From assembly GCA_044229975.1 (NCBI GenBank), contig JBGARZ010000010.1, forward strand, positions 96,001 through 160,000: a stretch of 64,000 bases of DNA, read 5' to 3'. Position 1 is the stretch's first letter, and each line of letters starts with the position of its first letter. Below, one piece after another: positions 8,666 to 17,912 of the stretch. The translations under genes and the position numbers were made by a program. The notes below the pieces were generated by a model. The model was not told the origin of the DNA, did no database searches, and saw only the letters and a program-made list of their open reading frames with translations. The DNA is from Polyangiales bacterium (GTDB lineage: Bacteria > Myxococcota_A > Polyangia > Polyangiales > Ga0077539).

Positions 8666-11187
8666 CGCGGGGCTCCGGGGAGGGTGCAGGTGAGGTCGAT
8701 CCAGCGCCACGTGACGCCGCGCTCGGCGCTGCGGGGGTAGAGCGCGACGAGGTGCGTGGCGTCGGCGTCCATGCTGACGCCATCGGCCACGGCGCTGGCA
8801 TCATCGGGGAGGCGGAAGTGCGCGCCGACGAGGGTTCCCTGATCGACGGCGGCGAAGGTGAGCGACGCGGCGGACTGACCCTCCGGCGCGAGGCCCGTGG
8901 CGAGCGCGAGCCAGTGACGACCGCCGACCCGAGCGCCCGCGAGCAGCGCCCCACCACCGGGATGAACGGCGAGCAGACTGCGCGGATTGCGCAGCGAGTC
9001 TTGCGTGAGGTCGGCGAGTCGGAGGGCTGTTCCGAGGCGCGAGACGAGGGCGAGCGCGCGACCAGGGAGATGGTGCCAGAGGGCCGCGCCCGCGACGTGA
9101 CCGAGGGGATCGGCGAAGGCGTCTTCACCGGGTCGCAACGGAGTGGGCGTGGCGCCGACGAAGCGCGCCGCGAGGGTGAGGGAGACGTCTTCACCGAGCG
9201 TGTCGGGTCGGCCGAGGAGCAGCGCGGTGCGGTCGTTGTCGCGAACGGCATCAAGGAGCGTGTCGCCGTCGCGCAGCGTGGCGAGGGCGACGGGCGCGCC
9301 CGCGCGACCCGCGGTGGTGGGGATGCGCACGAGGACGGTGTCGAGGGCGTCGTTCTTGGCGACGACGTAGACCTCGCCGGTCTCGGGGACGACGGCGGCG
9401 GCGCTCGCGTCGCGCAGCCCGGTGGGGACGAGCGAGTGGGTGACCACGGCGCCGCGGAAGGTGACGAGGTCGAGGCGCTCGACGGACTGGAGGGGGTAGG
9501 TGATGACCGCGAGGGCCGCGCCGCCGGGGATGCGTGAGGCCGCGAGCAGGTCGGTGGCGGACGAGCGTCCGACGCGCAGCGGGGTGGTGCGGTGCTGGGC
9601 GTTGAGGGTCGACGCGACGAGGCGGCCGGGGGCGTCGGCGGCGCCGCGCACGATGGCGATGAGCGTCGCGCCGGTCGGCGTGACGACGACCGCGGAGGCG
9701 GTGTGCGCGAGGGCGTTGGCGTTGGTGTTGGCGTCGACGTGGGCGACGAAATCACCTGACGCGGCGGCCGAGCAGGTCATGGCTGCGGGCGTGGACTGCG
9801 GTCGCGCGAGGGTGACCGACGGCGTGTCGGGCGCCGCGGGTTCCTGCACGAAGGTCGCCGGCGGAACATCGAGCGGATCGACGTTGGCGCTCGCATCGCA
9901 ACGGATGCGGGTGAGGATGAGCTGCGGCGATCCGTCGTCGACGTCGCGTCCGTCGACCGCGACGAGGGCGTCGTCACCGTCGGGTGCGGTGGCGACGGCG
10001 AAGCTCGCGGTGCGGGTGAGAAAGCCCGTGAGGATGGGCGCGCGACCGAGGTAGCGGCCGGCGTCGTCGAGGAGCGAGAGGTTGACCGATCCGCCCGCGT
10101 CGTCGGCGAGCGAGGAGAGGGAGAGCGCCGCGATGCGGTGGTGGCCGACGGGTGTGAGCGCGACGTGGAGGTCGGCGGCGCCGCGGTAGGTGGCGAGGGT
10201 GATGGGCGCCTGCGCGGCGGCGTCATCGGCGGAGAGCACGGCGAAGCGCGCGGCGGTGTCGCGTCGGGCGACGCGGGCGCGCCAGGCGACGAGGGTGCGA
10301 CCGTCGGCGAGCGGGAGCAGCGCGGGGTGGTCGAGGTCACGCGCGACGAGGGTTGGGCGGTCGTCGTCGAGGCGGACGAGGGCGCGCTCGTCGTCGGTGG
10401 TGGCGTGGGCGCGGACGACGGTGGCCCACACTGCGGTGGAGTTGGCAGTGACGAGCAGGCGCGGCGCCTCGCCGGTGTAGGCGCCGCCGTCGGGGGCGGG
10501 CGCGGGGTGGACGCTGCCATCGGGGTCGACGCGAACGAGGAGCGGGGCCCACGCGGTGGTGTCGGCGCGGCCGACGTCGGGGGCGCGGGTGTCGGCGCGG
10601 GCGAAGGCGACGACGGGCTGATCGTCGCGCAGCGCGAGCGCAGGCGCGCCGAGGAAGCCGGTGGGGGTGAGCAGGCGTGCGGCGGAGGCGGGCGTTCCGT
10701 CGCGGCCGAGCGCGCGGAGGGCGATGCGGTGCTGGCCGGGGAGGCCCTCGCGCCACGCGAGGAGATAGCCCTCGCGGGTGGCGACGAGGGCGGGGTGTGA
10801 TGGGGCGGCGCCGACGCCGTCGAGGTCGATGGGGCTGTGGGGCGTTCCGTTGGTGGTGGAGCTGCCGTCGGCGTCGATGGGGAGGAGGCGGAGCGTCGGG
10901 TGGCCGTCGCGGTTGGGGTCGACGATGAAGGCGACGAGGCCGCCGTCGGCGCGCCGCGCGATGGCGGGAGTGGCGGGCAGCGCCGGGGTGAGGGTGGCGA
11001 CCGCGAGCGGATCACCGGCCTCGCAACGGGGCATCGCAGGCGCGGGGAGACCACGGACGGCGAGGGAGGTGTCGGCCGGTGGAGGCGCTTCGGGCATGGC
11101 GACGGGCGCGGTGACGGGCACCGGGCGCGGGGCGCTGCTGCACGCGGCGAGGACGAGCGGGAGAGCGAGGGTGTGTGGGCGTCGCAC
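8662..11187 (-). CDS. large hypothetical lipoprotein, possibly beta-propeller-like
   Basis: GTG start; lipobox LAAC; repeated beta-strand blades (PALVATREGYLLAW, PALLPLADGRTLVAW). Confidence 0.7.
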   Translation of the reverse strand: MRRPHTLALPLVLAACSSAPRPVPVTAPVAMPEAPPPADTSLAVRGLPAPAMPRCEAGDPLAVATLTPALPATPAIARRADGGLVAFIVDPNRDGHPTLRLLPIDADGSSTTNGTPHSPIDLDGVGAAPSHPALVATREGYLLAWREGLPGQHRIALRALGRDGTPASAARLLTPTGFLGAPALALRDDQPVVAFARADTRAPDVGRADTTAWAPLLVRVDPDGSVHPAPAPDGGAYTGEAPRLLVTANSTAVWATVVRAHATTDDERALVRLDDDRPTLVARDLDHPALLPLADGRTLVAWRARVARRDTAARFAVLSADDAAAQAPITLATYRGAADLHVALTPVGHHRIAALSLSSLADDAGGSVNLSLLDDAGRYLGRAPILTGFLTRTASFAVATAPDGDDALVAVDGRDVDDGSPQLILTRIRCDASANVDPLDVPPATFVQEPAAPDTPSVTLARPQSTPAAMTCSAAASGDFVAHVDANTNANALAHTASAVVVTPTGATLIAIVRGAADAPGRLVASTLNAQHRTTPLRVGRSSATDLLAASRIPGGAALAVITYPLQSVERLDLVTFRGAVVTHSLVPTGLRDASAAAVVPETGEVYVVAKNDALDTVLVRIPTTAGRAGAPVALATLRDGDTLLDAVRDNDRTALLLGRPDTLGEDVSLTLAARFVGATPTPLRPGEDAFADPLGHVAGAALWHHLPGRALALVSRLGTALRLADLTQDSLRNPRSLLAVHPGGGALLAGARVGGRHWLALATGLAPEGQSAASLTFAAVDQGTLVGAHFRLPDDASAVADGVSMDADATHLVALYPRSAERGVTWRWIDLTCTLPGAPR

Positions 11188-11324
11188 GGGGGTGTTCTGT
11201 GCGACACGCGGGGCGGAGGGAAGTTCCCGGCAGGAGAGGGCGGCGGGTCCACTGAGCAAAACCGACGTCGACCATCACCGGGCTTACGCCGCAGCGTCAG
11301 CGCGGCGCGCGACCGCGACCATCA

Positions 11325-12308
11325 TCAATCGCGCATGCCACCGAACTCCCGGTCAACGAGCGCCGCCACGTCCAGCTCGCGGTTGCTCCCGCCCGCCTCT
11401 CTGGTCCGCCGCGCGAGGTCCGGCTCGAACGCCCGGCGCGCGAGCGCCTTCACCGCCGCCGTCGCATCGGCCCGCCGCCCGCTGGCGACGACCATCAACA
11501 ACGCCGAGGTCGCGCGCTCGCTGCGGAAGAGGGCCAGCGCTCCCATCGCCCGCGCCCGCCGCCCGGGAAAAACGTCGCGCAGGGCGGTCAACAACAACTC
11601 CAACGCCGCATCGAGCCTCGACTCGCCGAGCACCAGCGCGGCCACGTCCGCGGCGCCCTCGTCGTTGCCGCCGAGCATCGAGGCAAGCCGCGGAAGCGAG
11701 ACATCGGGCGCGAGGTGGAGCAGCGCCGCGTGACACGCGATCAGCACCTGCGGCTCCACGTCGCCCACCGCGAGCTTCAGCAGGAGGAGCCCAGCGCCTG
11801 CGCGATCGCCGCGGTGGGCCAGCGCGTCCGCCGCGGCTGCCCGCACGGGGGCCTCCGGGTCGGCGAGCATCTCTCCCAGCAGCAGCGACAGGTCGCGATG
11901 CCCCAGGCGCGCCAGCCCGGCCGCCGCGTGGGCCCGCACGCCGGCCGCCGCGTCGATCGGCGGGCCCCACGCCTTCTCCATCTGCACATAGCGCGCGGCG
12001 TGGACGAACGGCGCGTCGTCGGTCGACTCCAGGTGGTCGAGCGCCTCCAACAGCGCGACGCGAGCGCGGCAGCCCGTGTCGTCGCCGGGGAGCGACGCGT
12101 AGGCCCGAACGAGCGCCTCCTCGACGTCGGGGAGCGCGGCCTCGCGGATGGCCCGCGCCGCAAGCGCCACGACGGTCGCGCGAGGGCTCGTCAGCGCGGC
12201 GAGCAGCGGGGCACGCGACGCCGGGTCGTCGGGCTTCGACAGCGCGGGCGCGAGGTCTGCGAGCTCGCGTTCGAGGGCAGTCGGTCTGCCAGGTCCGCGC
12301 TTCGTCAT
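11325..12308 (-). CDS. HEAT/PBS-lyase repeat protein
   Basis: Repeats such as LADPEAPVRAAAADAL and VRAHAAAGLARLG. Confidence 0.75.
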   Translation of the reverse strand: MTKRGPGRPTALERELADLAPALSKPDDPASRAPLLAALTSPRATVVALAARAIREAALPDVEEALVRAYASLPGDDTGCRARVALLEALDHLESTDDAPFVHAARYVQMEKAWGPPIDAAAGVRAHAAAGLARLGHRDLSLLLGEMLADPEAPVRAAAADALAHRGDRAGAGLLLLKLAVGDVEPQVLIACHAALLHLAPDVSLPRLASMLGGNDEGAADVAALVLGESRLDAALELLLTALRDVFPGRRARAMGALALFRSERATSALLMVVASGRRADATAAVKALARRAFEPDLARRTREAGGSNRELDVAALVDREFGGMRD

Positions 12309-12327
12309 GGGCCCTTCATCGGCACCG

Positions 12328-13530
12328 CTACCGCACGGGCCGAAGCGTCACGAAGGACACGCTGTCGCTGCCGCTGTTGCGCGTCGTGTCGAGCACCACC
12401 GTCACCGTCCCCGACAGCGCCCGCCGCCCCCACACGTCCGTCACGATCGCCAGCGCCCCGTCGCCTGTTCGCTGGTCCACCCGCACGGCCTCGCCGTTGA
12501 CCGTGAACAGCGCGCGCATGTCGTTGCGGTTGCTGGAGTGCCGCGACCCGATGAGCACGTCGTAGGTCGCCGCCGCCACGTCGGTGAAGCGAAACGTCGC
12601 CGTGCCGCGCAGCGTTCCGTCGGGCGCGTAGCCGCCGGTGCAGTCCTCGGAGGCGTGGTCGCCGCGCGCGGTGTACGCGTAGTTGGCGTCGCAGCGAAAC
12701 ACCCAGTTGCCGCGCTGGGTGTACGTCGCCGAGCGGTACCCGATGGTGCGCTCGACGGCGGGCCCGGTGGGCGTCCCGGCGTCAGCGGGCATGGGCATCA
12801 CGACGCCCGGACAGCGCTCCACCCGCGCCGTAAACTCCATCGCGACGCGCCCGATGCGGAAGAACGACCGCGACAACGGCCCAGGTCCAAACTCCACCAC
12901 GTTGCTCCCCGCGACGACCGAACCGGTGACGACGATGGTCTGCCCGGGCACCGTGACGTTGTCCCACGCGGTGTCGGCGGGCATCGGGAAGCGCCGCCCG
13001 TTGAGGGTCGCGAAGCCCTCCTCGCCGGGGTGGTCGGCGTCGAAGGAGTCGTAGTGCAGCGTCGCCGCCGTGACGCCCGCAGGAATACCCGGCAGCGTAA
13101 ACCGCAGGCGCGTCGACGACGTGGGCGCGACGTCGAGCTCCTGCATCGCGGCGCCGTAGGTGGTCGACTCCACGCGGCAACGCTGCTCGGGCAACGTCGG
13201 CGTGGGCGACCCCAAGTCCATCGGCGTCGGCGGCACATCGACGATCGGTGTCGGTGGGACGTCCACGATCGTCGGAGGGACATCCGGCGCGACCGGCACA
13301 TCGACCGTCGCGGGCACATCCGTCGTCGTCGCCGTCACGTCGTCATCGACCGCGACGGGAACATCCACCGCGGGCCTCGGCCCGACGTCATCGTCGACCG
13401 AGGCGTCGGCGGGCCACGGCGGTTCATCCTCCGAGTTGGGGTCGGTGGTGACGGCGTCGTCGGGCGAGCACGCCGCCATGAGCAACGCGGCGATGGCCCA
13501 CGCCGACGGGGCGATACGATGAGCGCGCAT
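12328..13530 (-). CDS. lipoprotein with DVP-rich linker and beta-sandwich (golvesin/CBM-like) domains
   Basis: Lipobox MAAC; DVP repeats; C-terminal ATFRF...YDV...SSNR...VDQR pattern. Confidence 0.7.
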   Translation of the reverse strand: MRAHRIAPSAWAIAALLMAACSPDDAVTTDPNSEDEPPWPADASVDDDVGPRPAVDVPVAVDDDVTATTTDVPATVDVPVAPDVPPTIVDVPPTPIVDVPPTPMDLGSPTPTLPEQRCRVESTTYGAAMQELDVAPTSSTRLRFTLPGIPAGVTAATLHYDSFDADHPGEEGFATLNGRRFPMPADTAWDNVTVPGQTIVVTGSVVAGSNVVEFGPGPLSRSFFRIGRVAMEFTARVERCPGVVMPMPADAGTPTGPAVERTIGYRSATYTQRGNWVFRCDANYAYTARGDHASEDCTGGYAPDGTLRGTATFRFTDVAAATYDVLIGSRHSSNRNDMRALFTVNGEAVRVDQRTGDGALAIVTDVWGRRALSGTVTVVLDTTRNSGSDSVSFVTLRPVR

Positions 13531-13554
13531 CACGAACCTCCGCCGCAGAGGCTC

Positions 13555-13866
13555 GCACACGTCGCGCTCGTCGCTCAACGCCATGCTTGCCCTGAGGGTG
13601 TCAGCGCGCCTGTGTGCCGGAGTTCGCGTGCCCCGATTGCGAGCGCGTGCAGTCGCTCACTCCGGGCTATTTCAGGTGGTCACCTCGCAGAGCGAGGTTG
13701 CAGCACTGGATTCCACGAGCAACCCATCGACCTGCTCAGCATCGGTCGCGAGTCCCTGCAACCTCGCTCTGCGAGGTGACCACCTGAAATAGCCCGGAGT
13801 GAGCGACTGCACGCGCTCGCAATCGGGGCACGCGAACTCCGGCACACGTCGCGCTCGTCGCTCAAC
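13555..13866. repeat. 25-bp direct repeat (13555-13579 and 13842-13866) flanking a long palindrome
   Basis: GCACACGTCGCGCTCGTCGCTCAAC occurs twice identically; the right copy contains the bcp stop codon. Confidence 0.9.
13612..13847. repeat. long palindrome family A, copy 1 (92-bp perfect arms, 52-bp spacer), MITE/REP-like
   Basis: Arm 13612-13703 is the exact reverse complement of 13756-13847. Confidence 0.92.
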
Positions 13867-14326
13867 CGAGGTCGGCCAGCACCTTCGCGGCGTGGCCCGC
13901 GGACTTCACCGTGCCGTAGACGTGCGTGAGCTTGCCGTCGGGGCCGATGACGAAGGTGCTGCGAATCGTCCCCTCGACCTTCTTGCCGTACATGTTCTTC
14001 TCGCCGAAGGCGCCGTACGCCTTCTGCACGGCGAGCTCGGGGTCGCTCAGCAGCGCCACCTTCAGCCCGTACTTGTCCCTGAACTTGCAGTGGCTCTTCA
14101 CCGTGTCACGCGACACGCCCAGCACCACGGCACCCTTCTTCGCGAACTCCCCCGCCAGCGCGGTGAACTCGTTGGCCTCCACGGTGCAGCCCGGCGTGTC
14201 GTCCTTCGGATAGAAGTACAGCACCAGGGTCTTGCCCGCGAAGTCCGCGAGCGACACCTCGGTGCCCGCGTCGGTGGTCCCACTGAACGCCGGCGCGGCG
14301 TCGCCCGGCTTCAACGTCGTCGTCAT
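13862..14326 (-). CDS. bcp: peroxiredoxin BCP/PrxQ
   Basis: VLYFYPKDDTPGCTVEA active-site motif, GVSRD, RSTFVIGPDG. Confidence 0.93.
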   Translation of the reverse strand: MTTTLKPGDAAPAFSGTTDAGTEVSLADFAGKTLVLYFYPKDDTPGCTVEANEFTALAGEFAKKGAVVLGVSRDTVKSHCKFRDKYGLKVALLSDPELAVQKAYGAFGEKNMYGKKVEGTIRSTFVIGPDGKLTHVYGTVKSAGHAAKVLADLG

Positions 14327-14349
14327 CGATCTCGTCTCCCGTGTCCGAA

Positions 14350-14742
14350 CTAACGAACGCTGATCTGCCCGCCCGCGCGGAGCTGCGTCTCCAGCCGCAC
14401 GGCGCCCTTCGCGGTCTTGCTCGCGAGCTGCGCCGTGATCTGGAACTTCAACACCAGCACCTCGTCGTCGCGCACGTGCTGCACGATGACGTTCTTCAGC
14501 CGCGGCTCGTACTGGAGCACCGTCGCCCTGATCGAGCGTTGCAGCGTCTGGATGGCCTCCGGAAACGTGTGCATGAGGTCGGTGAAGTCGACCACACCGA
14601 AGTCGAGCGCCGCGGGGCACTCGCCCTGTCGTGTGTTGAGCAGCCCCCGCAGGTGCTCGACGATCGACTCGACGTCGTTCTCCGTGCGCGTGCGGTTGAC
14701 GTCCTTCGAGCCGATCCGTGAGAGCAGTCCGCGTCCAGCCAT
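14350..14742 (-). CDS. tssE: T6SS baseplate subunit TssE (gp25-like)
   Basis: HLRGLLNTRQG...DFGVVDF...YEPRL motifs; adjacent to the T6SS cluster. Confidence 0.9.
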   Translation of the reverse strand: MAGRGLLSRIGSKDVNRTRTENDVESIVEHLRGLLNTRQGECPAALDFGVVDFTDLMHTFPEAIQTLQRSIRATVLQYEPRLKNVIVQHVRDDEVLVLKFQITAQLASKTAKGAVRLETQLRAGGQISVR

Positions 14743-14962
14743 CGCGTGGGCATAGTACCCCCGCGGGCGCGCGTCCCAACACCTCGCGCGAAAACCTCGA
14801 CGCCCGCTGTTTTCCCGAGCGATCGCGCAGAGCTCCCACCCCGCTCCGATCGCCATGGAGAAGTATTGCTTCGCCGTTGACCACCGTGCGATTCTCCGCC
14901 CGAATCCGTGGCGGCGCGGGCTGTGAGGTGTCGCGCCATGACGCTGGGGAAGGTCGATCAAC

Positions 14963-15814
14963 GTGCGTAAGACGGGAAGCAAACAGGGTCTCCGGGGACT
15001 GCTCGCCTGCCTCGCATTGACGCCAATGCTGGCGACGTGCAGCAGCACCCCCCGGCTCCCCACGCAGCCGGCCACCTGCAACCTGCCGCAGAACATCGGC
15101 CTGGTGTTGCGCGGCTCCGAGCGGCTCAACCCCAACGACGACGGGCGCTCGCTCCCGGTGGTGGTTCGCATCTATCAGCTCAAGTCCGGGGCGCGGATGG
15201 AAGAGGCCGAGTTCGACGGCGTCTGGCGGCGCGACCGCGAGGTGCTCGCCGACGACATCCTCAAGATGGACGAGATGTACCTCTACCCCAACCAGCGCAT
15301 GGCCCGGTCGTTTCGCCGCGACCCCGCCGCCACGCACGTGGTCGCGGTGGCCTTCTTCCGCCACCCCGCGGGTCAGTCGTGGCGCACCATCTACGAGCTC
15401 CCGCCCGCGCCCGGCGACGAGCGCTGCGCCGCGCAGTCCGCCAACGCCGAGGCCAACCCGCCGCCCGTCCGCGACCCGCGCTACGTGTTCTATCTCGAGG
15501 ACTACTACATCGAGCCTGGCGTCGATGACCCGCCGGTCGACGGCGGCCTCCGCGACAGCCGCGGCCGTCTTCGTCTCCCGAGCACGCTGCCCGGTCGGCC
15601 CGCCAACCCGACGCCCGCCAGCGGCGGCAGCGGCCTGCCCGAACTACCGCAGGTGCCGCAGGTGCCGGGCGCTCCCAACGCGCCGCAGGTGCCGGGTGCC
15701 CCCAACGTCCCGAGCGCTCCCAGCGCGCCGTCGCTGCCCAGCGCTCCGAGCGCGCCCACCGTCACGCCGCCGTCCATCTCGATGATCTCCGCGACGCGCG
15801 AGGTCTCGGCATGA
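14963..15814 (+). CDS. tssJ: T6SS lipoprotein TssJ with Pro-rich C-terminal extension
   Basis: Lipobox LATC; LNPNDDGRSLPVVVRIYQLK; VAVAFFR...WR. Confidence 0.9.
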   Translation: MRKTGSKQGLRGLLACLALTPMLATCSSTPRLPTQPATCNLPQNIGLVLRGSERLNPNDDGRSLPVVVRIYQLKSGARMEEAEFDGVWRRDREVLADDILKMDEMYLYPNQRMARSFRRDPAATHVVAVAFFRHPAGQSWRTIYELPPAPGDERCAAQSANAEANPPPVRDPRYVFYLEDYYIEPGVDDPPVDGGLRDSRGRLRLPSTLPGRPANPTPASGGSGLPELPQVPQVPGAPNAPQVPGAPNVPSAPSAPSLPSAPSAPTVTPPSISMISATREVSA

Positions 15815-17187
15815 GGGTTCCGCAGCGGGTCATCTGGTCGGAGGGGATGTTCATGTCCCCGCAGCACCTCCAACAGCTCGACCGCTACCACGAGGGTCTG
15901 CTGGAGGCGCGTCTCTCCGCGCTCAGCGCCTACGACTGGGGCGTCGTGTCTCTCGAACTCGACGAGCGCGCGCTCGTGGCGGGTCAGATCCGCCTGCAGC
16001 GCTTCGAGGGCGTGCTGCCCGACGGGCTCCCCATCGCCTTCGACGGCGCGCACCCCGAAGCCCCCGCGGTGCGGCCCATCGAAGGCTTCTTCGCGCCCAC
16101 GCAGCGGGTGCTCGAGATCTTCATCGCGGTGCCCGCCGAGCGCGACGGATCGCCCGTCGTCGCCCCGAGCGCGGTGCCTACGCAGGGCATGCGCTTCTTC
16201 ACGGCGCAGCGCGCGGTGGTCGACGCCGCGGGCGGCGCGCAGGACGTCGCGGTGGCTTTCGCCCAGAGGCACGTCGCCGTGCTCTTCGGCACCGAGAGCC
16301 GCGACGACTACGAGTCCATGAAGGTCGCGGAGATCGTCCGCGACGGCGCGGGCCAGCTCGTGGTGCGCGCGGAGTTCATCCCGTCCATCCGCCGCATCGG
16401 CGCGTCGGCGTGGCTCATGGGCTCGCTGCGCCGCCTGCTCGCGCTCATGGCCGCCAAGCAGAACTCCCACTCCGAGCAGCGCCGCCAGCGCGACGGCGCG
16501 ACGGTGGAGTTCACCTCGGCGGACATCACGCGCTTCCTCCTGCTCAACGCCGTCAACTCGTACCTCCCGGTGGTCAACCACCTCTGCGAGCGCGGCGACA
16601 CGGCCCCCGAAGACGCTTACCTCTTCCTCTGCCAGCTCGCGGGCGCGCTCTCGACCTTCGCCACCGACGCGAAGTTCTCCCCGACCACGCTGCCGAAGTT
16701 TCTCTACAACGACCTCCAGAGCACCTTCGCCGAGGTCATCGACCGCATCACGGTGCTGCTCAACATCACCGACATCCAGAAGTACATCGTCGTGCCGCTC
16801 CAGAGCCGCGAAGACGGCCTGCACTTCGGTCAGCTCGACGACGAGCGCCTCGCGCGCGGCGCTCAGTACATCCTCTCGGTGCGTTCGGGTCAGCCCGAGC
16901 AGACCGCGGCCGAGCAGATTCCGCAGCTCTCCAAGATCGCCGCGTGGAGCGACGTCACCTCCATCGTGCAGAGCGCGCTCCCGGGCGTGGCTCTCCAGGT
17001 GACGTACCGCCCGCCGCCGGAGATCCCACCGCGCGCCGGCATCCTGTACTTCATGCTCAACCAGAGCGGGCAGTTCTGGAGAAACGTCGCGGGCGAGCGA
17101 ACGATCTCCATCTACCTCCCGCCGCCGTACGACCCCGCCAACGTCAAGCTGGAGCTGCTGGCCATCCCCAAGCCCGCGGCTCAATAA
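15811..17187 (+). CDS. tssK: T6SS baseplate subunit TssK
   Basis: VIWSEGMFMSPQHLQQLDRY N-terminus; ALPGV...P..IP...YF C-terminus. Confidence 0.95.
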   Translation: MRVPQRVIWSEGMFMSPQHLQQLDRYHEGLLEARLSALSAYDWGVVSLELDERALVAGQIRLQRFEGVLPDGLPIAFDGAHPEAPAVRPIEGFFAPTQRVLEIFIAVPAERDGSPVVAPSAVPTQGMRFFTAQRAVVDAAGGAQDVAVAFAQRHVAVLFGTESRDDYESMKVAEIVRDGAGQLVVRAEFIPSIRRIGASAWLMGSLRRLLALMAAKQNSHSEQRRQRDGATVEFTSADITRFLLLNAVNSYLPVVNHLCERGDTAPEDAYLFLCQLAGALSTFATDAKFSPTTLPKFLYNDLQSTFAEVIDRITVLLNITDIQKYIVVPLQSREDGLHFGQLDDERLARGAQYILSVRSGQPEQTAAEQIPQLSKIAAWSDVTSIVQSALPGVALQVTYRPPPEIPPRAGILYFMLNQSGQFWRNVAGERTISIYLPPPYDPANVKLELLAIPKPAAQ

Positions 17188-17217
17188 CGCCTCCCCCACC
17201 GGAGCACTCGTACCGGC

Positions 17218-17892
17218 ATGGACCGAATCGACGACCTCACCGCGGATGTCTTCAACTTCCTGATCCAGCTCCGACGGCTGGACGCCAACGCGCAGCCGCC
17301 GCCGGAGACCGTCCTGCAGCGGCTCCGCTCGCTCATCGACACCATGGGCAAGCGCGCGGCGGACCTCGGGTTCTCCCGCGAGGACGTGCTGGAGATCACC
17401 TACGCCATCGTCGCCCTCGCCGACGAGGCGGCCATCTACGCGGGCGGCAACCTCCGCCAGTACTGGATGCAGCGGCCGTTGCAGCTCCAGTACTTCAACG
17501 AAAACGTGGCGGGCGAAAACTTCTTCGCGCGCGTGATGGCGCTGCGTCAGGACGCCCGCCGCGTCGACGTGGTGCGCGTCTACTACACCTGCCTGGTGCT
17601 CGGGTTTCAGGGCAAGTACCGCGTGCGCGGCGGCGAGGCCGAGCTCGCGGCCATCATGGATCAGCTCGCCGGTGACCTCTCCCGCGCGGGCCTGCTGGGT
17701 CCCGAGCTCCTCTCCGTGCACGGCGATCGTCCCGACGGCGAGGTGCGCACCCGATCGCGCGCCGACCTCCCCGTCGTCGGCCTCGCCGCGGCGGCGGTGG
17801 TGATCTCCCTGGTGCTCTACGCCGGGCTCTACTTCTCACTCAACGGCGAGGTCTCTTCGGTCCTCGCCCGCATCGCCCAGTTCGTTCGCTGA
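17218..17892 (+). CDS. tssL: T6SS TssL (DotU), no OmpA domain
   Basis: YAIVALADE, PLQLQYF...AGENFF, CLVLGFQGKYR, C-terminal TM. Confidence 0.95.
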   Translation: MDRIDDLTADVFNFLIQLRRLDANAQPPPETVLQRLRSLIDTMGKRAADLGFSREDVLEITYAIVALADEAAIYAGGNLRQYWMQRPLQLQYFNENVAGENFFARVMALRQDARRVDVVRVYYTCLVLGFQGKYRVRGGEAELAAIMDQLAGDLSRAGLLGPELLSVHGDRPDGEVRTRSRADLPVVGLAAAAVVISLVLYAGLYFSLNGEVSSVLARIAQFVR

Positions 17893-17912
17893 AAGCATAG
17901 AGGGGCGACACC

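Noticed and set aside
14856..14870. Sigma-54 promoter for tssJ (TGGAGAAGTATTGCT)
   Set aside because: Spacing is GG-N9-GC, one base short of the required N10.
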